From a bacterium (lineage in GTDB: Bacteria; Zhuqueibacterota; Zhuqueibacteria; Residuimicrobiales; Krinioviventaceae): a stretch of DNA of 64,000 nucleotides. A program made the translations under genes and the position numbers. Location of the stretch: positions 4,352,001 to 4,416,000 of the forward strand of contig OY843751.1 in the NCBI GenBank assembly GCA_963693055.1. Reading direction: 5' to 3'. Under the pieces are notes generated by a model. The model saw only the letters and a list, made by a program, of their open reading frames with translations, did no database searches and was not told where the DNA came from. The stretch's first letter is position 1, and each line of letters starts with the position of its first letter. Shown here in pieces: positions 1 through 9,552 of this stretch.

Positions 1-92
1 TAAAGATTTTTGTGTAAATCATGAACAAGGGTTCAATAACCCGTAGGGTTATTGAATTTCGATCGCTGATTGATTTGCACACACTTTTCCAA

Positions 93-1424
93 GGGACTGT
101 AAATTCGCTTGTGTTTTAAAAACAAATATTACATTTTATTAAATACAGGAGAATTTACCAATGAAACTTACACCTGAAATTATTAAACAACTTGAAAAAG
201 ATTTTGAAAATTGCAAGACAGCAGACGATCTGCTGGGCAAAAATGGTCTGGTCAAGAATTTGATTAAGGGCATATCAGACCAAATTATGGAAGCTGAAAT
301 GACCCAGCACTTGGGCTATGAGAGACATTCTTCAGAAGGTGATAACAGTGGCAATAGTAGAAACGGTCACAGCAGCAAAACAGTGAAGACAGATTTTGGT
401 GAAATTGACATCAAAATCCCCCGTGATCGGAATGGAGAATTTGACCCGGTACTTGTCAAAAAGCACCAGCGTGATCTGGGCAAAATAGATGAAATTATCG
501 TTGCCTTATATGCCAAAGGTCTGAGTACAAGAGACATCAAAGACCACCTGGAAACACTTTACGGCCTGGACGCTTCCCCAACATTTATTTCCAATGTTAC
601 CGAACGGGTACGCGAGCTTGTCGTTGAATGGCAGTCAAGACCGTTGGATAGCGTTTATCCTATTGTTTATTTGGATGCTATCCACTATAAGATACGTGAC
701 GAAGGGCGTATTATAAACAAGGCCGCCTATACTGTACTGGGAATCAATGGTGAAGGCTTTAAGGATTTACTTGGTATTTGGATCGACCAGTCCGAGGGCG
801 CCAATTTCTGGCTGTCTGTTTTAACCGATATACGAAACCGTGGGGTTGAAGATATTCTGATTGCATGCGTAGATGGGCTGAAAGGCTTTCCGGATGCTAT
901 TGCCAGCATTTTTCCCGATACTGAAGTCCAGCTTTGTATCATCCATCAAATCCGTAACTCGCTTCGTTATGTTGCATCAAAACATCAAAAAGAATTTATC
1001 AAAGATCTGAAGCTGGTTTATCAAAGCACAACTAAAGAAAACGCTGAACTGCAACTGGATCGCCTTGAACAAAAATGGGGGGTCAAATATCCCATTGTTA
1101 TCAATTCCTGGAGAAAAAACTGGGACAACCTGTCCAACTATTTTAAATATCCCGAAGAAATTCGGCGAATGATCTATACCACAAATAGTGTAGAGGCTCT
1201 GCACCGACAGCTTCGCAAAGTCACTAAAACCAAATCTCTGTTCCCCCACGATGATGCGTTGAAAAAAATGCTGTTTCTGGCCTACAGGGATATTGCTAAA
1301 AAATGGTCGCAGCCCATCAGAAACTGGGCCTTTGTTGTTTCTCAATTTTCTATTATATTTAAAGACAGGATGAAAATCCAAATATAGCACTACTATTCAT
1401 TTACACAAAAAAGTTTACAGTCTC
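93..1424 (+). mobile_element. IS256-family insertion sequence
   Basis: Imperfect terminal IRs: gggactgtaaattcgcttgtgt (93-114) and, reverse-complemented, gagactgtaaacttttttgtgt (1403-1424). They bracket a transposase. No clear target-site duplication. Confidence 0.9.
161..1387 (+). CDS. IS256 (Mutator-type) DDE transposase
   Basis: Motifs HLGYERH, RNG..KT, PRDRNGEF, YLDA, CVDGLKGF, QLCIIHQIRN, IYTTNSVE. Confidence 0.97.
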   Translation: MKLTPEIIKQLEKDFENCKTADDLLGKNGLVKNLIKGISDQIMEAEMTQHLGYERHSSEGDNSGNSRNGHSSKTVKTDFGEIDIKIPRDRNGEFDPVLVKKHQRDLGKIDEIIVALYAKGLSTRDIKDHLETLYGLDASPTFISNVTERVRELVVEWQSRPLDSVYPIVYLDAIHYKIRDEGRIINKAAYTVLGINGEGFKDLLGIWIDQSEGANFWLSVLTDIRNRGVEDILIACVDGLKGFPDAIASIFPDTEVQLCIIHQIRNSLRYVASKHQKEFIKDLKLVYQSTTKENAELQLDRLEQKWGVKYPIVINSWRKNWDNLSNYFKYPEEIRRMIYTTNSVEALHRQLRKVTKTKSLFPHDDALKKMLFLAYRDIAKKWSQPIRNWAFVVSQFSIIFKDRMKIQI

Positions 1425-1575
1425 TTCAAAAAATCTTTATATATAATATTCAAGTACTCACTTAATCCAACAAGAGCAATGTCTATATTCATTCTCAACT
1501 ATTTACAACCTAAAAAATATTATAAGGTTGGTAACTCAAATTTAACTAATTAAATTAAATAAAAATATATAGTCA

Positions 1576-3129
1576 CTAATCATTTTTAAGAATAGTTGTT
1601 CCAAGAAATTGCTTATCATTTAAAATATCCTTTATTAACATAACAATACTTTCCAATGTATTATTATCTAAAGCAAGCCCACCTTTTAAACTATTATTTT
1701 CAGAAATCAATAAATATCCATTTCCAACTTTATCTTTACCAATATTATTTGGATTAGCAATCCAATAATTTGTATGTTTTAACAACTCTTTTAATAAATT
1801 ATCTTTTAATGTTACATATTTAATATTTTCGCCAATATTTTTTTTAGTCAATTTTCGCATCCGTTTTGCAAGTTCTAATAGCTTTTTATAATCATTTTCA
1901 TTATTTAAAAAAAACAAATAATGAGAATTTTTCGTAGAAATATTATAGAACATTGCATTAAAAAAATCTTGATCTTTATTTCTTAAAAAGTTAGGCAATA
2001 ATATCCAAAATTCTTTCAATTCTGGAAATGTACGTTCCCACTTCGCAATTTCAGACATAGGTGTAATTTTTAAAATATTTTGTGTTTTAATATATTTCAA
2101 AATACTTTCATAATTTATATTAGTTTTGCCAAGCTGTTTAGCTGTAGTAATAATTAACTGAGCTTTTATTTGATTTTTATAAAATTCATGCAAATTATCA
2201 AATTTGTTTTCAGACAATTCATAATCAGAAATATTTTTCAAAAACTTTTCCACGTTCTTATTTTTTGTACTAAAAAAATCTGGTGAAATATTTAAACAAA
2301 GCTGCAAATAATCAGCTAACAACAATGATTCATCAGGATTTTCCTTTTTACCTATCACAACATTTTCATCAACTTCTAAATTTAAATCTGTATGAATTAT
2401 TGTAAATCGCTGACTTTCATTTTGAAGTCCAATTTTTTCGATAATTGAGTTTTTCAAATTAAACTCTTGATCATCTAGCAACTCTGGCAATCTAGTTAAA
2501 ACTGGAATTATGTCAATTGGTTTTGTTTCATCAGGTTTAGAAACATTTCTAATACAATTAACTATTATTTTTGTTCCGTCAATATTTTCAGTATTATTCA
2601 TAAATAATACTACAACTTTATCTGCTAGTAATGAAGTCGCTACACCACCAATTTCAGTAATACCGGTCCTTGAATCGATTAATAAAATATCAGGATGATA
2701 TTTTTTTTCAATCATTCCTTTTAAATTTAAGAAAAAAGAAATTCCTTCTAAATCATGGTTATGATAAAATTTTTTATGCCAATCTAATTTAGATAATTTT
2801 TGCAAATAATCACTTTCTAAAGGATTTCCTGCAGGTAATAAATGAATTGAGCCACATTTTGATGTATTTTTATTTATTTCAATCACATAACGATTCAAAG
2901 CATTATCAACACTTTTATATTTAAACCAATAATAAATAAAATCAATTAACCCTTTTTTCATTTCTTCTTTATTTGTTAAAGCAAACTTGTAATGCTGACC
3001 AGGTGCTTCTAAATCTAAGTCTAAAACAAAAACATTTAAACCTATCATGGAATAAAAATTTGCCACATTCGCAACTGCTAAGGATCTTCCAACCCCACCT
3101 TTATATGAATAAAATGTTACTGTTTCCAT
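1576..3129 (-). CDS. ParA/MinD-like ATPase, KGGVGR variant, with an uncharacterised C-terminal domain
   Basis: TFYSYKGGVGRS deviant Walker A, DLDLEAPG, LIDSRTG; the ~230-aa C-terminal part is not recognised. Confidence 0.85.
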   Translation of the reverse strand: METVTFYSYKGGVGRSLAVANVANFYSMIGLNVFVLDLDLEAPGQHYKFALTNKEEMKKGLIDFIYYWFKYKSVDNALNRYVIEINKNTSKCGSIHLLPAGNPLESDYLQKLSKLDWHKKFYHNHDLEGISFFLNLKGMIEKKYHPDILLIDSRTGITEIGGVATSLLADKVVVLFMNNTENIDGTKIIVNCIRNVSKPDETKPIDIIPVLTRLPELLDDQEFNLKNSIIEKIGLQNESQRFTIIHTDLNLEVDENVVIGKKENPDESLLLADYLQLCLNISPDFFSTKNKNVEKFLKNISDYELSENKFDNLHEFYKNQIKAQLIITTAKQLGKTNINYESILKYIKTQNILKITPMSEIAKWERTFPELKEFWILLPNFLRNKDQDFFNAMFYNISTKNSHYLFFLNNENDYKKLLELAKRMRKLTKKNIGENIKYVTLKDNLLKELLKHTNYWIANPNNIGKDKVGNGYLLISENNSLKGGLALDNNTLESIVMLIKDILNDKQFLGTTILKND

Positions 3130-3141
3130 ATTTTCCTCTAT

Positions 3142-3615
3142 TTAATCTATTTTTTCACAAAAAAAACTTTTATTCCAATTTGATTTCATATAAAAATTTA
3201 AAGTTTTTTCATCAACAAATTGAAAAATATTCTCTTCATCTTGAAAAGAATCATTGTCTATACGTTTTTCCAAATTAAATGGCAAAAATTTGATTTTATT
3301 CATCTTAATAAACTCAATAAATTTTTTACTTGTACTATCTAAAAAAATAAACTTTGTTGAAATATCTGAATTAAAATCTTCAATCGATTTTTTAGTATTG
3401 AAGTGATAAAGTCTTCCTTCAAAATGAAGTAAAATTGTTCTCCATTTTTGAAAAAGAGTATACACACATTTATAATCAGAAATATCATGTGTTTTCATCA
3501 TAAAATCTTGTAGTTCATTTAGGTATTTAATAATACTTTCGGCTGGTAAATTATCCGTTTCAAAAAGAGAGTTTTCTAATATTTCGTCCTGCAACTTGAA
3601 TTCATCGATTTTCAT
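3142..3615 (-). CDS. hypothetical protein, possibly related to the ATPase C-terminal domain
   Basis: 157-aa ORF overlapping the upstream gene by 4 nt (ATGA) and ending 12 nt before the ATPase. Confidence 0.7.
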   Translation of the reverse strand: MKIDEFKLQDEILENSLFETDNLPAESIIKYLNELQDFMMKTHDISDYKCVYTLFQKWRTILLHFEGRLYHFNTKKSIEDFNSDISTKFIFLDSTSKKFIEFIKMNKIKFLPFNLEKRIDNDSFQDEENIFQFVDEKTLNFYMKSNWNKSFFCEKID

Positions 3616-4223
3616 AAAACTCTTTCTATACTATTCTTTAGTTCAGTATGCAAGTAATCCAAAATGGGTGCTGTATTAATAATTGATTTATCAGCAGCAT
3701 TTAAGATTGTTTTAATTTTGGTTTCAATAATTGCTACATATGGAGTAAATGTTTTTCCATAATTCTGATTATTATCCATTTGCACTATTTTTTTAAAAAC
3801 TTTTTTTAACTCATTCAATTCATTATACATTTCATTATAAAACAAATCAATTTTCTCTAAATTTTCTCTAATTGCATATGTGAAATATTGGACTTTACTT
3901 TCTTCAAAAACAATTTGAATCTTGTTTGGATTACATTCTTTTATAAAACTGTTATAATAATCCAACAATCTTTCCACTTTTTTATGTTTAATCGTAATAT
4001 CCGTAATATCAAGAATACTATTAACAATTTCTTCAATATTAATTTTCGAAAAATCTTCACAACCATTATGTATTGTTTTAGCATCTTTTAACATTTGATA
4101 CACAATATCAATTTTTAATAATTGACCATTCATCTGTATTAGGACATCTTCATGTTTTGAATCTTTGTTGAAGCTTTGATACACACTCATCGCACTTAAA
4201 ATAACCGATACAAGTTCTAACAT
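3612..4223 (-). CDS. hypothetical alpha-helical protein with a hydrophobic N-terminus
   Basis: 203-aa ORF with GGAGG RBS before the ATG; first gene of the AT-rich operon. Confidence 0.75.
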   Translation of the reverse strand: MLELVSVILSAMSVYQSFNKDSKHEDVLIQMNGQLLKIDIVYQMLKDAKTIHNGCEDFSKINIEEIVNSILDITDITIKHKKVERLLDYYNSFIKECNPNKIQIVFEESKVQYFTYAIRENLEKIDLFYNEMYNELNELKKVFKKIVQMDNNQNYGKTFTPYVAIIETKIKTILNAADKSIINTAPILDYLHTELKNSIERVL

Positions 4224-4375
4224 CTAAACCTCCCAACCATTCTAATTAGAAATATAATTATTAAAAAAATATATCAATACATAGTAATGCAACGAATTGA
4301 TTTTACATATTTCATTAATATGCAAAAAGTCTAAAATTTTATAATTTATGAACAGCTTTACAACAAATATAGGTT

Positions 4376-5587
4376 GAAACCTCTGAAATATTATTAGAAT
4401 CAAAGGTAATAATTTACTAATTTGCTGTATGATAAAAAAAACTGGAGTTTTACATGGGTCGCAATAGAATAAACAATGAAGACTTGTTTACCACAGCAGC
4501 AAATGAAAATTTCAAAAAGCATATAAAAACCCAAAGCAAACAAGCTCTGGAAATTATCAAAGAAAAAATTGATTGGCAAAATTTACTTGAACCCATTGAA
4601 GAACGTATTGAACAATCAAAAACCAGAAAATCAAATGCAGGCAAGCCGTCATTTGATTTGTTAGTTATTGTTCGTTGTTTTTTATTACAACGTATCTATG
4701 GTTTATCCGATCCTCGCCTGGAAGAAGAGATTGCGGATCGACGTAGTTTTCAATTGTTTCTGGAACTGACCAGTGCGGATGCAATCCCTGACGAAACCAC
4801 TATCTGCCGATATCGTGAACTATTTGCCCGTCTTGGTCTTGATAAAATACTGTTCCGGCAATTCAACAAACAGCTTGAAAAAATGGGTCTGATCGTTGGC
4901 AAAGGAACACTTGTTGATGCAACTATAAAACAAGCACAAGCGAAACCAGGAAGCAAGCGTGATCGTGATGCAGATTTCACAAAGAAACGTGGCAAAACGC
5001 ATTATGGCTACAAAGGCCATATTGGTACAGATTTGGACAGTGATATTATTCATTCTGTAGAGTTTACCAGCGCAAGTATTCACGACACAAATCTTTTTCC
5101 GGATCTGATAACAGAAAAAGAAAATGCGGTGTTCGCAGATAAAGGTTACACGAACAAAGCCCGCAAGTGCAACCTGCGAGGCAAAGGAGTCTATTGCGGC
5201 ATTCTTGATAAAGGATATAGAAACCGAAATTTGACATCAAAGCAGGTAAAAAGAAATAAGCAATTATCTAAAGTTCGGAATGCAGTTGAAAGACCGTTTG
5301 CCTTTATGAAGCAAGTATTAGATTATGATCGGTGCAGTTATTATGATATGGGCCGAAATCGTTTTGAATTTGTGATTGCAGCATGGGTTTATAATATCAG
5401 GCGTATGGTTACATTAACCACTTGAGCCATTTCGTAGGTATATAACCTATGTATTAGAGTAATGATAGTAAATTTTGTCAAAGAACAATTTTAAATGTTA
5501 TAGATTTTATAAATATTTCATTCTCTTTGGAAAATTGAACTCAATTTATTAGTTCAATATGAAAAAATCCAATATTTCAGATGTTTC
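4376..5587 (+). mobile_element. IS5-family insertion sequence
   Basis: 17-bp IRs gaaacctctgaaatatt (4376-4392) and aatatttcagatgtttc (5571-5587), one mismatch; 5-bp direct repeat aggtt at 4371-4375 and 5588-5592. Confidence 0.93.
4454..5425 (+). CDS. IS5-family transposase
   Basis: Motifs LSD..LEE...DR, PDETTI, VDAT, YGYKGH, ADKGY, R..VERPF. Confidence 0.96.
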   Translation: MGRNRINNEDLFTTAANENFKKHIKTQSKQALEIIKEKIDWQNLLEPIEERIEQSKTRKSNAGKPSFDLLVIVRCFLLQRIYGLSDPRLEEEIADRRSFQLFLELTSADAIPDETTICRYRELFARLGLDKILFRQFNKQLEKMGLIVGKGTLVDATIKQAQAKPGSKRDRDADFTKKRGKTHYGYKGHIGTDLDSDIIHSVEFTSASIHDTNLFPDLITEKENAVFADKGYTNKARKCNLRGKGVYCGILDKGYRNRNLTSKQVKRNKQLSKVRNAVERPFAFMKQVLDYDRCSYYDMGRNRFEFVIAAWVYNIRRMVTLTT

Positions 5588-5846
5588 AGGTTGTTAATTT
5601 ATTTTTAATTACATGTAAAACTTTAACAATCAAAATCAACATTTTTGTAATATTAATATAATCCCAAGACCCCTTTGCCCCCAAAGGCCCCTTACATTCT
5701 TGTAATTCAATTTACAATTATTTACAAAAATGTCAAGTGTAAAATTACATTTTCTGTACTTTTTTTCACAGATTTTTACGCAAATAGAGGAGATATTGGA
5801 TATTTATAAAGATGTTTGTTGCAGTTTTTGCACAGATTGTTGACAA

Positions 5847-6755
5847 TTAGTCACATATGAGTCCCAGCAGCGTTTCCGCCACATCCACAATACTCTTTAC
5901 CGGATTGCCGAATTTTTCTTTGCCCGACCCAAATGCCAATGTCATGGCAGGATTTCGGGTGTGCCCCTTGAATGATAGATCTTCAATATTGCCGTGGTCG
6001 CTGGTGAGCAGTACCAGTGTCTCGTCCAGATTTACGGTTTTTAGAATGGCCCCAAGAAACGCTTCCAGTTTTACGATCTCGTTCCTGGCGCGCTCCATTT
6101 CTTTGCTATGACCGGCAAAATCGGTTTGAAAATATTCAAACAACGCCAGATCATACGCCCGGCTCTGTTTCCCAATGATCTCCCCCGCCTTTTTCGGAGA
6201 TACCACCGGTGCGTCAAATCCTTTTTCGCGCAGAGCGTCTCCGCTCATATCCTGATATACACTGCGCTCCGCCCAGATATCCTCGATGCCGAAAAACTTT
6301 TGTCCCGCAAAATAGTTCATACACGACGTAACGGACAAGTGCCGGATGATCTCGTCCGGTTCAAAATCAAAGAATGGCGGACGGAAAGCGTTCAAAAACG
6401 CGACCTTTTTCCCCTTGTCCACCAGTTTTTTAAAAATGGAGTGCTCTTTAATCACCTCGCGCAATTGCGCGTTGGGACGGTGATTGAGGTGTCTCCCCAG
6501 CAGTTTACTGGCATTAACACCGGTAAACAGCGATGTCTGCCCGGTTGCGCTCTGCGGCAGCAGGGGCATATCCAGATTGGCATCCAGTCCCAGTGCAATG
6601 CCGTCATGCGGCAGGGATTTGGGATACTGTTGATCAAGCGTATTGTTGAAAAACCGCCATTGCGGGTCCGCACAGGGATTGATTTCGGGATCGTTTTCGC
6701 CAATACCAATACCGTCAACAAACAGAAAAAGAATATGTTTAGGAGATTTTAACAT
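5847..6755 (-). CDS. alkaline-phosphatase-superfamily metalloenzyme (phosphoglycerate mutase/phosphopentomutase-like)
   Basis: FVDGIG, PQSATGQT, D.AGH, TSDHGNIED, HT metal-binding motifs. Confidence 0.85.
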   Translation of the reverse strand: MLKSPKHILFLFVDGIGIGENDPEINPCADPQWRFFNNTLDQQYPKSLPHDGIALGLDANLDMPLLPQSATGQTSLFTGVNASKLLGRHLNHRPNAQLREVIKEHSIFKKLVDKGKKVAFLNAFRPPFFDFEPDEIIRHLSVTSCMNYFAGQKFFGIEDIWAERSVYQDMSGDALREKGFDAPVVSPKKAGEIIGKQSRAYDLALFEYFQTDFAGHSKEMERARNEIVKLEAFLGAILKTVNLDETLVLLTSDHGNIEDLSFKGHTRNPAMTLAFGSGKEKFGNPVKSIVDVAETLLGLICD

Positions 6756-6867
6756 AAATTCACATTTTCAAATCAAAACAACAAAACGCAAAGGATGCAG
6801 TCAAGTTAGAATTGTATACACGCAATCATCTCTGCCAAAAAAATCATTTTATATATCATCATGGATA

Positions 6868-7428
6868 TTAATAGTCAGATTGGGGAGCAGTTGAACTGAC
6901 ACATAATTTTTCATATAAAAATTCCGGTGCAAAATCAGCTCCATTTGGCCAGACAATTGTTCTTAATTCCTGATCAAGTTTAAATTTTTTAAAATAAGAT
7001 ATATCATTCAAGGGAGCAAAAATATCCCCATCCAGTTCATCTTTTAGGTCAATATGGCCACTCACGCCATCTTGAAAAGAAATATTCAATATATGTTCTT
7101 TAACATACTCTACTTTGGTAATTCTAGGTATCATATGACTACTCCAATGGTGCATTTTTTTCAAGCGGTTTTTTCTGCTTAGCAAGCTGCTGACACATAA
7201 TTTTTCATATAAAAATTCCGGTGCAAAATCAGCTCCATTTGGCCAGACAATTGTTCTTAATTCCTGATCAAGTTTAAATTTTTTAAAATAAGATATATCA
7301 TTCAAGGGAGCAAAAATATCCCCATCCAGTTCATCTTTTAGGTCAATATGGCCACTCACGCCATCTTGAAAAGAAATATTCAATATATGTTCTTTAACAT
7401 ACTCTACTTTGGTAATTCTAGGTATCAT
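6868..7428 (-). CDS. DUF2442 antitoxin-like protein, present as an in-frame tandem double
   Basis: Two identical MIPRITKV...WPNGADFAPEFLY units; ATG at 7428 just after the DUF4160 stop. Confidence 0.8.
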   Translation of the reverse strand: MIPRITKVEYVKEHILNISFQDGVSGHIDLKDELDGDIFAPLNDISYFKKFKLDQELRTIVWPNGADFAPEFLYEKLCVSSLLSRKNRLKKMHHWSSHMIPRITKVEYVKEHILNISFQDGVSGHIDLKDELDGDIFAPLNDISYFKKFKLDQELRTIVWPNGADFAPEFLYEKLCVSSTAPQSDY

Positions 7429-7483
7429 ATGACTACTCCAATGGTGCATTTTTTTCAAGCGGTTTTTTCTGCTTAGCAAGCTG
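6896..7483. repeat. apparently exact 294-bp tandem duplication (6896-7189 and 7190-7483)
   Basis: Read directly: ctgacacataatttt...cttagcaagctg occurs twice in tandem. Confidence 0.95.
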
Positions 7484-7689
7484 CCAGTAAACCAGCAATT
7501 CTTTCTTATTAAGCTCCATCCACTCTAATACAAGACCTAATGCACATTTTGGAAACCGACCGTTTATTACTCCAGTTTCTATCTCTATGGTAATATCATA
7601 TTCGCCATACACGCATGAAAATGTGCCGGAGCATGGTCCTTGTAATACATAGCTATAACAATTCCTAAAAACCGGGATATTTCAGGCAT
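7433..7689 (-). pseudogene. DUF4160 toxin-like gene with a -1 frameshift
   Basis: MPEISRFLGIVIAMYYKDHAPAHFHA, then a frameshift near 7612, then YGEYDITIEIETG...LEWMELNKKELLVYW...PLE*. Span is 257 nt, one base short of an intact frame. Confidence 0.85.
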
Positions 7690-7758
7690 TGCCAATCCTT
7701 TCAAAAAAAATCAATCGAATACTTTTGTATTACAAATAAAAGCAAAAAAAACCAAAGC

Positions 7759-7808
7759 CCGGTTCCTGAGTGATCCGTCCGCAGCATGCGGGCGGATTGT
7801 ATCGAAAG
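7759..7808 (+). repeat. REP-like palindromic element (CGGTnnCTGAGTG-hairpin-GTATCGAA family), copy 1
   Basis: Shares flanking motifs with 48488-48534 and 51492-51544; lies just past the 3' end of a gene. Confidence 0.65.
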
Positions 7809-7829
7809 ATTAGGGCCTAATTAACCATA

Positions 7830-9458
7830 TCAATAATACTTGTCTAACACCGCACCGCGATAATAATGCGTCAATATCTGCTGTGCGGATTTGCCTTCTT
7901 CTGCCATCATGGCCGCACCAATCTGGCACATGCCTACTCCGTGTCCCCAACCCGCGCCGGTAAATACAAATTCTTCGGGGAAACCGTTCACGTCCCCAAT
8001 CTTGTCCACAACAAAACAGGCGCTGTACAAGGCGGTTGACGACAATGCCCTGCGGATGTTCAGCTCTTTTCGCACATTGATCTTGCCCGCCGCACCACGG
8101 ATCTCGATCTCAATCAGTCGTCCCGATACACCTCGTTCAACCGGAACAATATCAACCAGCGTACCAATATCATGATACTTGTTACGGATGATATTCTCCA
8201 ACTCTAACCGGGAATATCGCTGCTGCCAGCGATAATATTTCACACTGTATTTTGAATAATCCGGGGTGCCGTGGCTTTCCGCATTACAGTTGACCTTGGG
8301 CGAGCTTTCTACCCATCGTCTTACACTCTCTTCCGTAGACAGATCAAACGAAACCGGCAGATCTCGTGATTCAGGATCGTCCAGTACGCCTCGTAAATAG
8401 GGTAACGATTCACCCATCCATACATTCTCGGTGTTTTCCGTGTGTCCGCCACAAACCGCGGAATAGGGAGTTGTGCACAAACTTCCATTATAAACCAGCA
8501 CCTCGCCCTGTGTCTCACTGATTGCCTTGCGTATGCGATCATTACTTCGTCCCGCACCCACAAACGCCTGGCTATATACATCATCCGTTACATCATAGGG
8601 TTTATCACGATAGCGGCTGCCAAAATTGTACAGAAAAAAAGTACGGGCTGCAACTGCCTGCGCTTTAAGTGCTTCAAGCGGAAATGTGGGAATCATTTCA
8701 CCGGGCAATACCCCTTCAAGATAAGATTCCAGACTTAATACATTAATCACAAACAGCTTCCCATTGGGACCAATCATCAGTTCCAATTCACCGCCATACT
8801 TGCGGGTTTCTTCTCGTGAGTAATGGAACCCCTCTCCAACCTTGACAGCTTGCAGATTAACCAACGCTCCGGAAATCCGCAGTGCGCTTTGAATAACCAA
8901 CTCTTTACCGGACTCGGATTTTAAATGAATCTCACCACCCGGATCGCCATCAGGCCGACTAATTACTAAGGCATTGCGCAATGCCGGATTCTGTCTTTTA
9001 TATTGCTCGGCTTGTTCCTGTGTACTAAATTTTTGTTTCAGCAATACCAGGTATCGTCTTTTATCAACCAATACCTTTTTGTCCATATTCAACACATCAC
9101 CGCTGGTAATCTTTTCAACATCCAAATTCTGGGAACGCGCTTCCTGAACGCCTGCATCAGCGGCAGTTTCCTTACTGCTCGATGTATATTGGATTCGATA
9201 AACAGATGGGGCCGGAGAGCCATTCACCAAGGTTGCCCGCCATACTTCACCCTTGTTCATCCGGTACATTTTCCCGTTTCCGTCTGCAATAACAAACGGA
9301 CCTTCGGGTTCAAAAGCAATTTCAGATTTATCTTCAAGCAGTCCCACCCGCACAACCGGTCCTGTGGTTTGAATCGCAGGGCCATAATAGACACCCGCGC
9401 ATGAGAATAATAAAACCATGCTCACAAGAACAGTTGATATACTGACGATTCGTTTCAT
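7830..9458 (-). CDS. SpoIID/LytB-domain lipoprotein (peptidoglycan lytic transglycosylase), possible SPOR-like insert
   Basis: Lipobox LFSC; LESYL.GV.P.EM, EALKAQAVAART, GAGWGHGVGMCQIGA. Confidence 0.92.
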   Translation of the reverse strand: MKRIVSISTVLVSMVLLFSCAGVYYGPAIQTTGPVVRVGLLEDKSEIAFEPEGPFVIADGNGKMYRMNKGEVWRATLVNGSPAPSVYRIQYTSSSKETAADAGVQEARSQNLDVEKITSGDVLNMDKKVLVDKRRYLVLLKQKFSTQEQAEQYKRQNPALRNALVISRPDGDPGGEIHLKSESGKELVIQSALRISGALVNLQAVKVGEGFHYSREETRKYGGELELMIGPNGKLFVINVLSLESYLEGVLPGEMIPTFPLEALKAQAVAARTFFLYNFGSRYRDKPYDVTDDVYSQAFVGAGRSNDRIRKAISETQGEVLVYNGSLCTTPYSAVCGGHTENTENVWMGESLPYLRGVLDDPESRDLPVSFDLSTEESVRRWVESSPKVNCNAESHGTPDYSKYSVKYYRWQQRYSRLELENIIRNKYHDIGTLVDIVPVERGVSGRLIEIEIRGAAGKINVRKELNIRRALSSTALYSACFVVDKIGDVNGFPEEFVFTGAGWGHGVGMCQIGAAMMAEEGKSAQQILTHYYRGAVLDKYY

Positions 9459-9552
9459 GTATCAAATCCTTTAATACGTAAAAAAACGCGCGTTTTTACA
9501 GACACGCGCGCTATCATATCAAATTAATTGTACTACCCGGTCGTTAAATACT

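Noticed and set aside
93-5587. Composite transposon carrying the ATPase operon
   Set aside because: The flanking IS belong to different families, and the IS5 has its own target duplication, indicating an independent insertion
6896-7483. CRISPR array or other spacer-repeat locus
   Set aside because: A single 294-bp tandem duplication of coding DNA; no short repeat-spacer periodicity was noticed anywhere in the window
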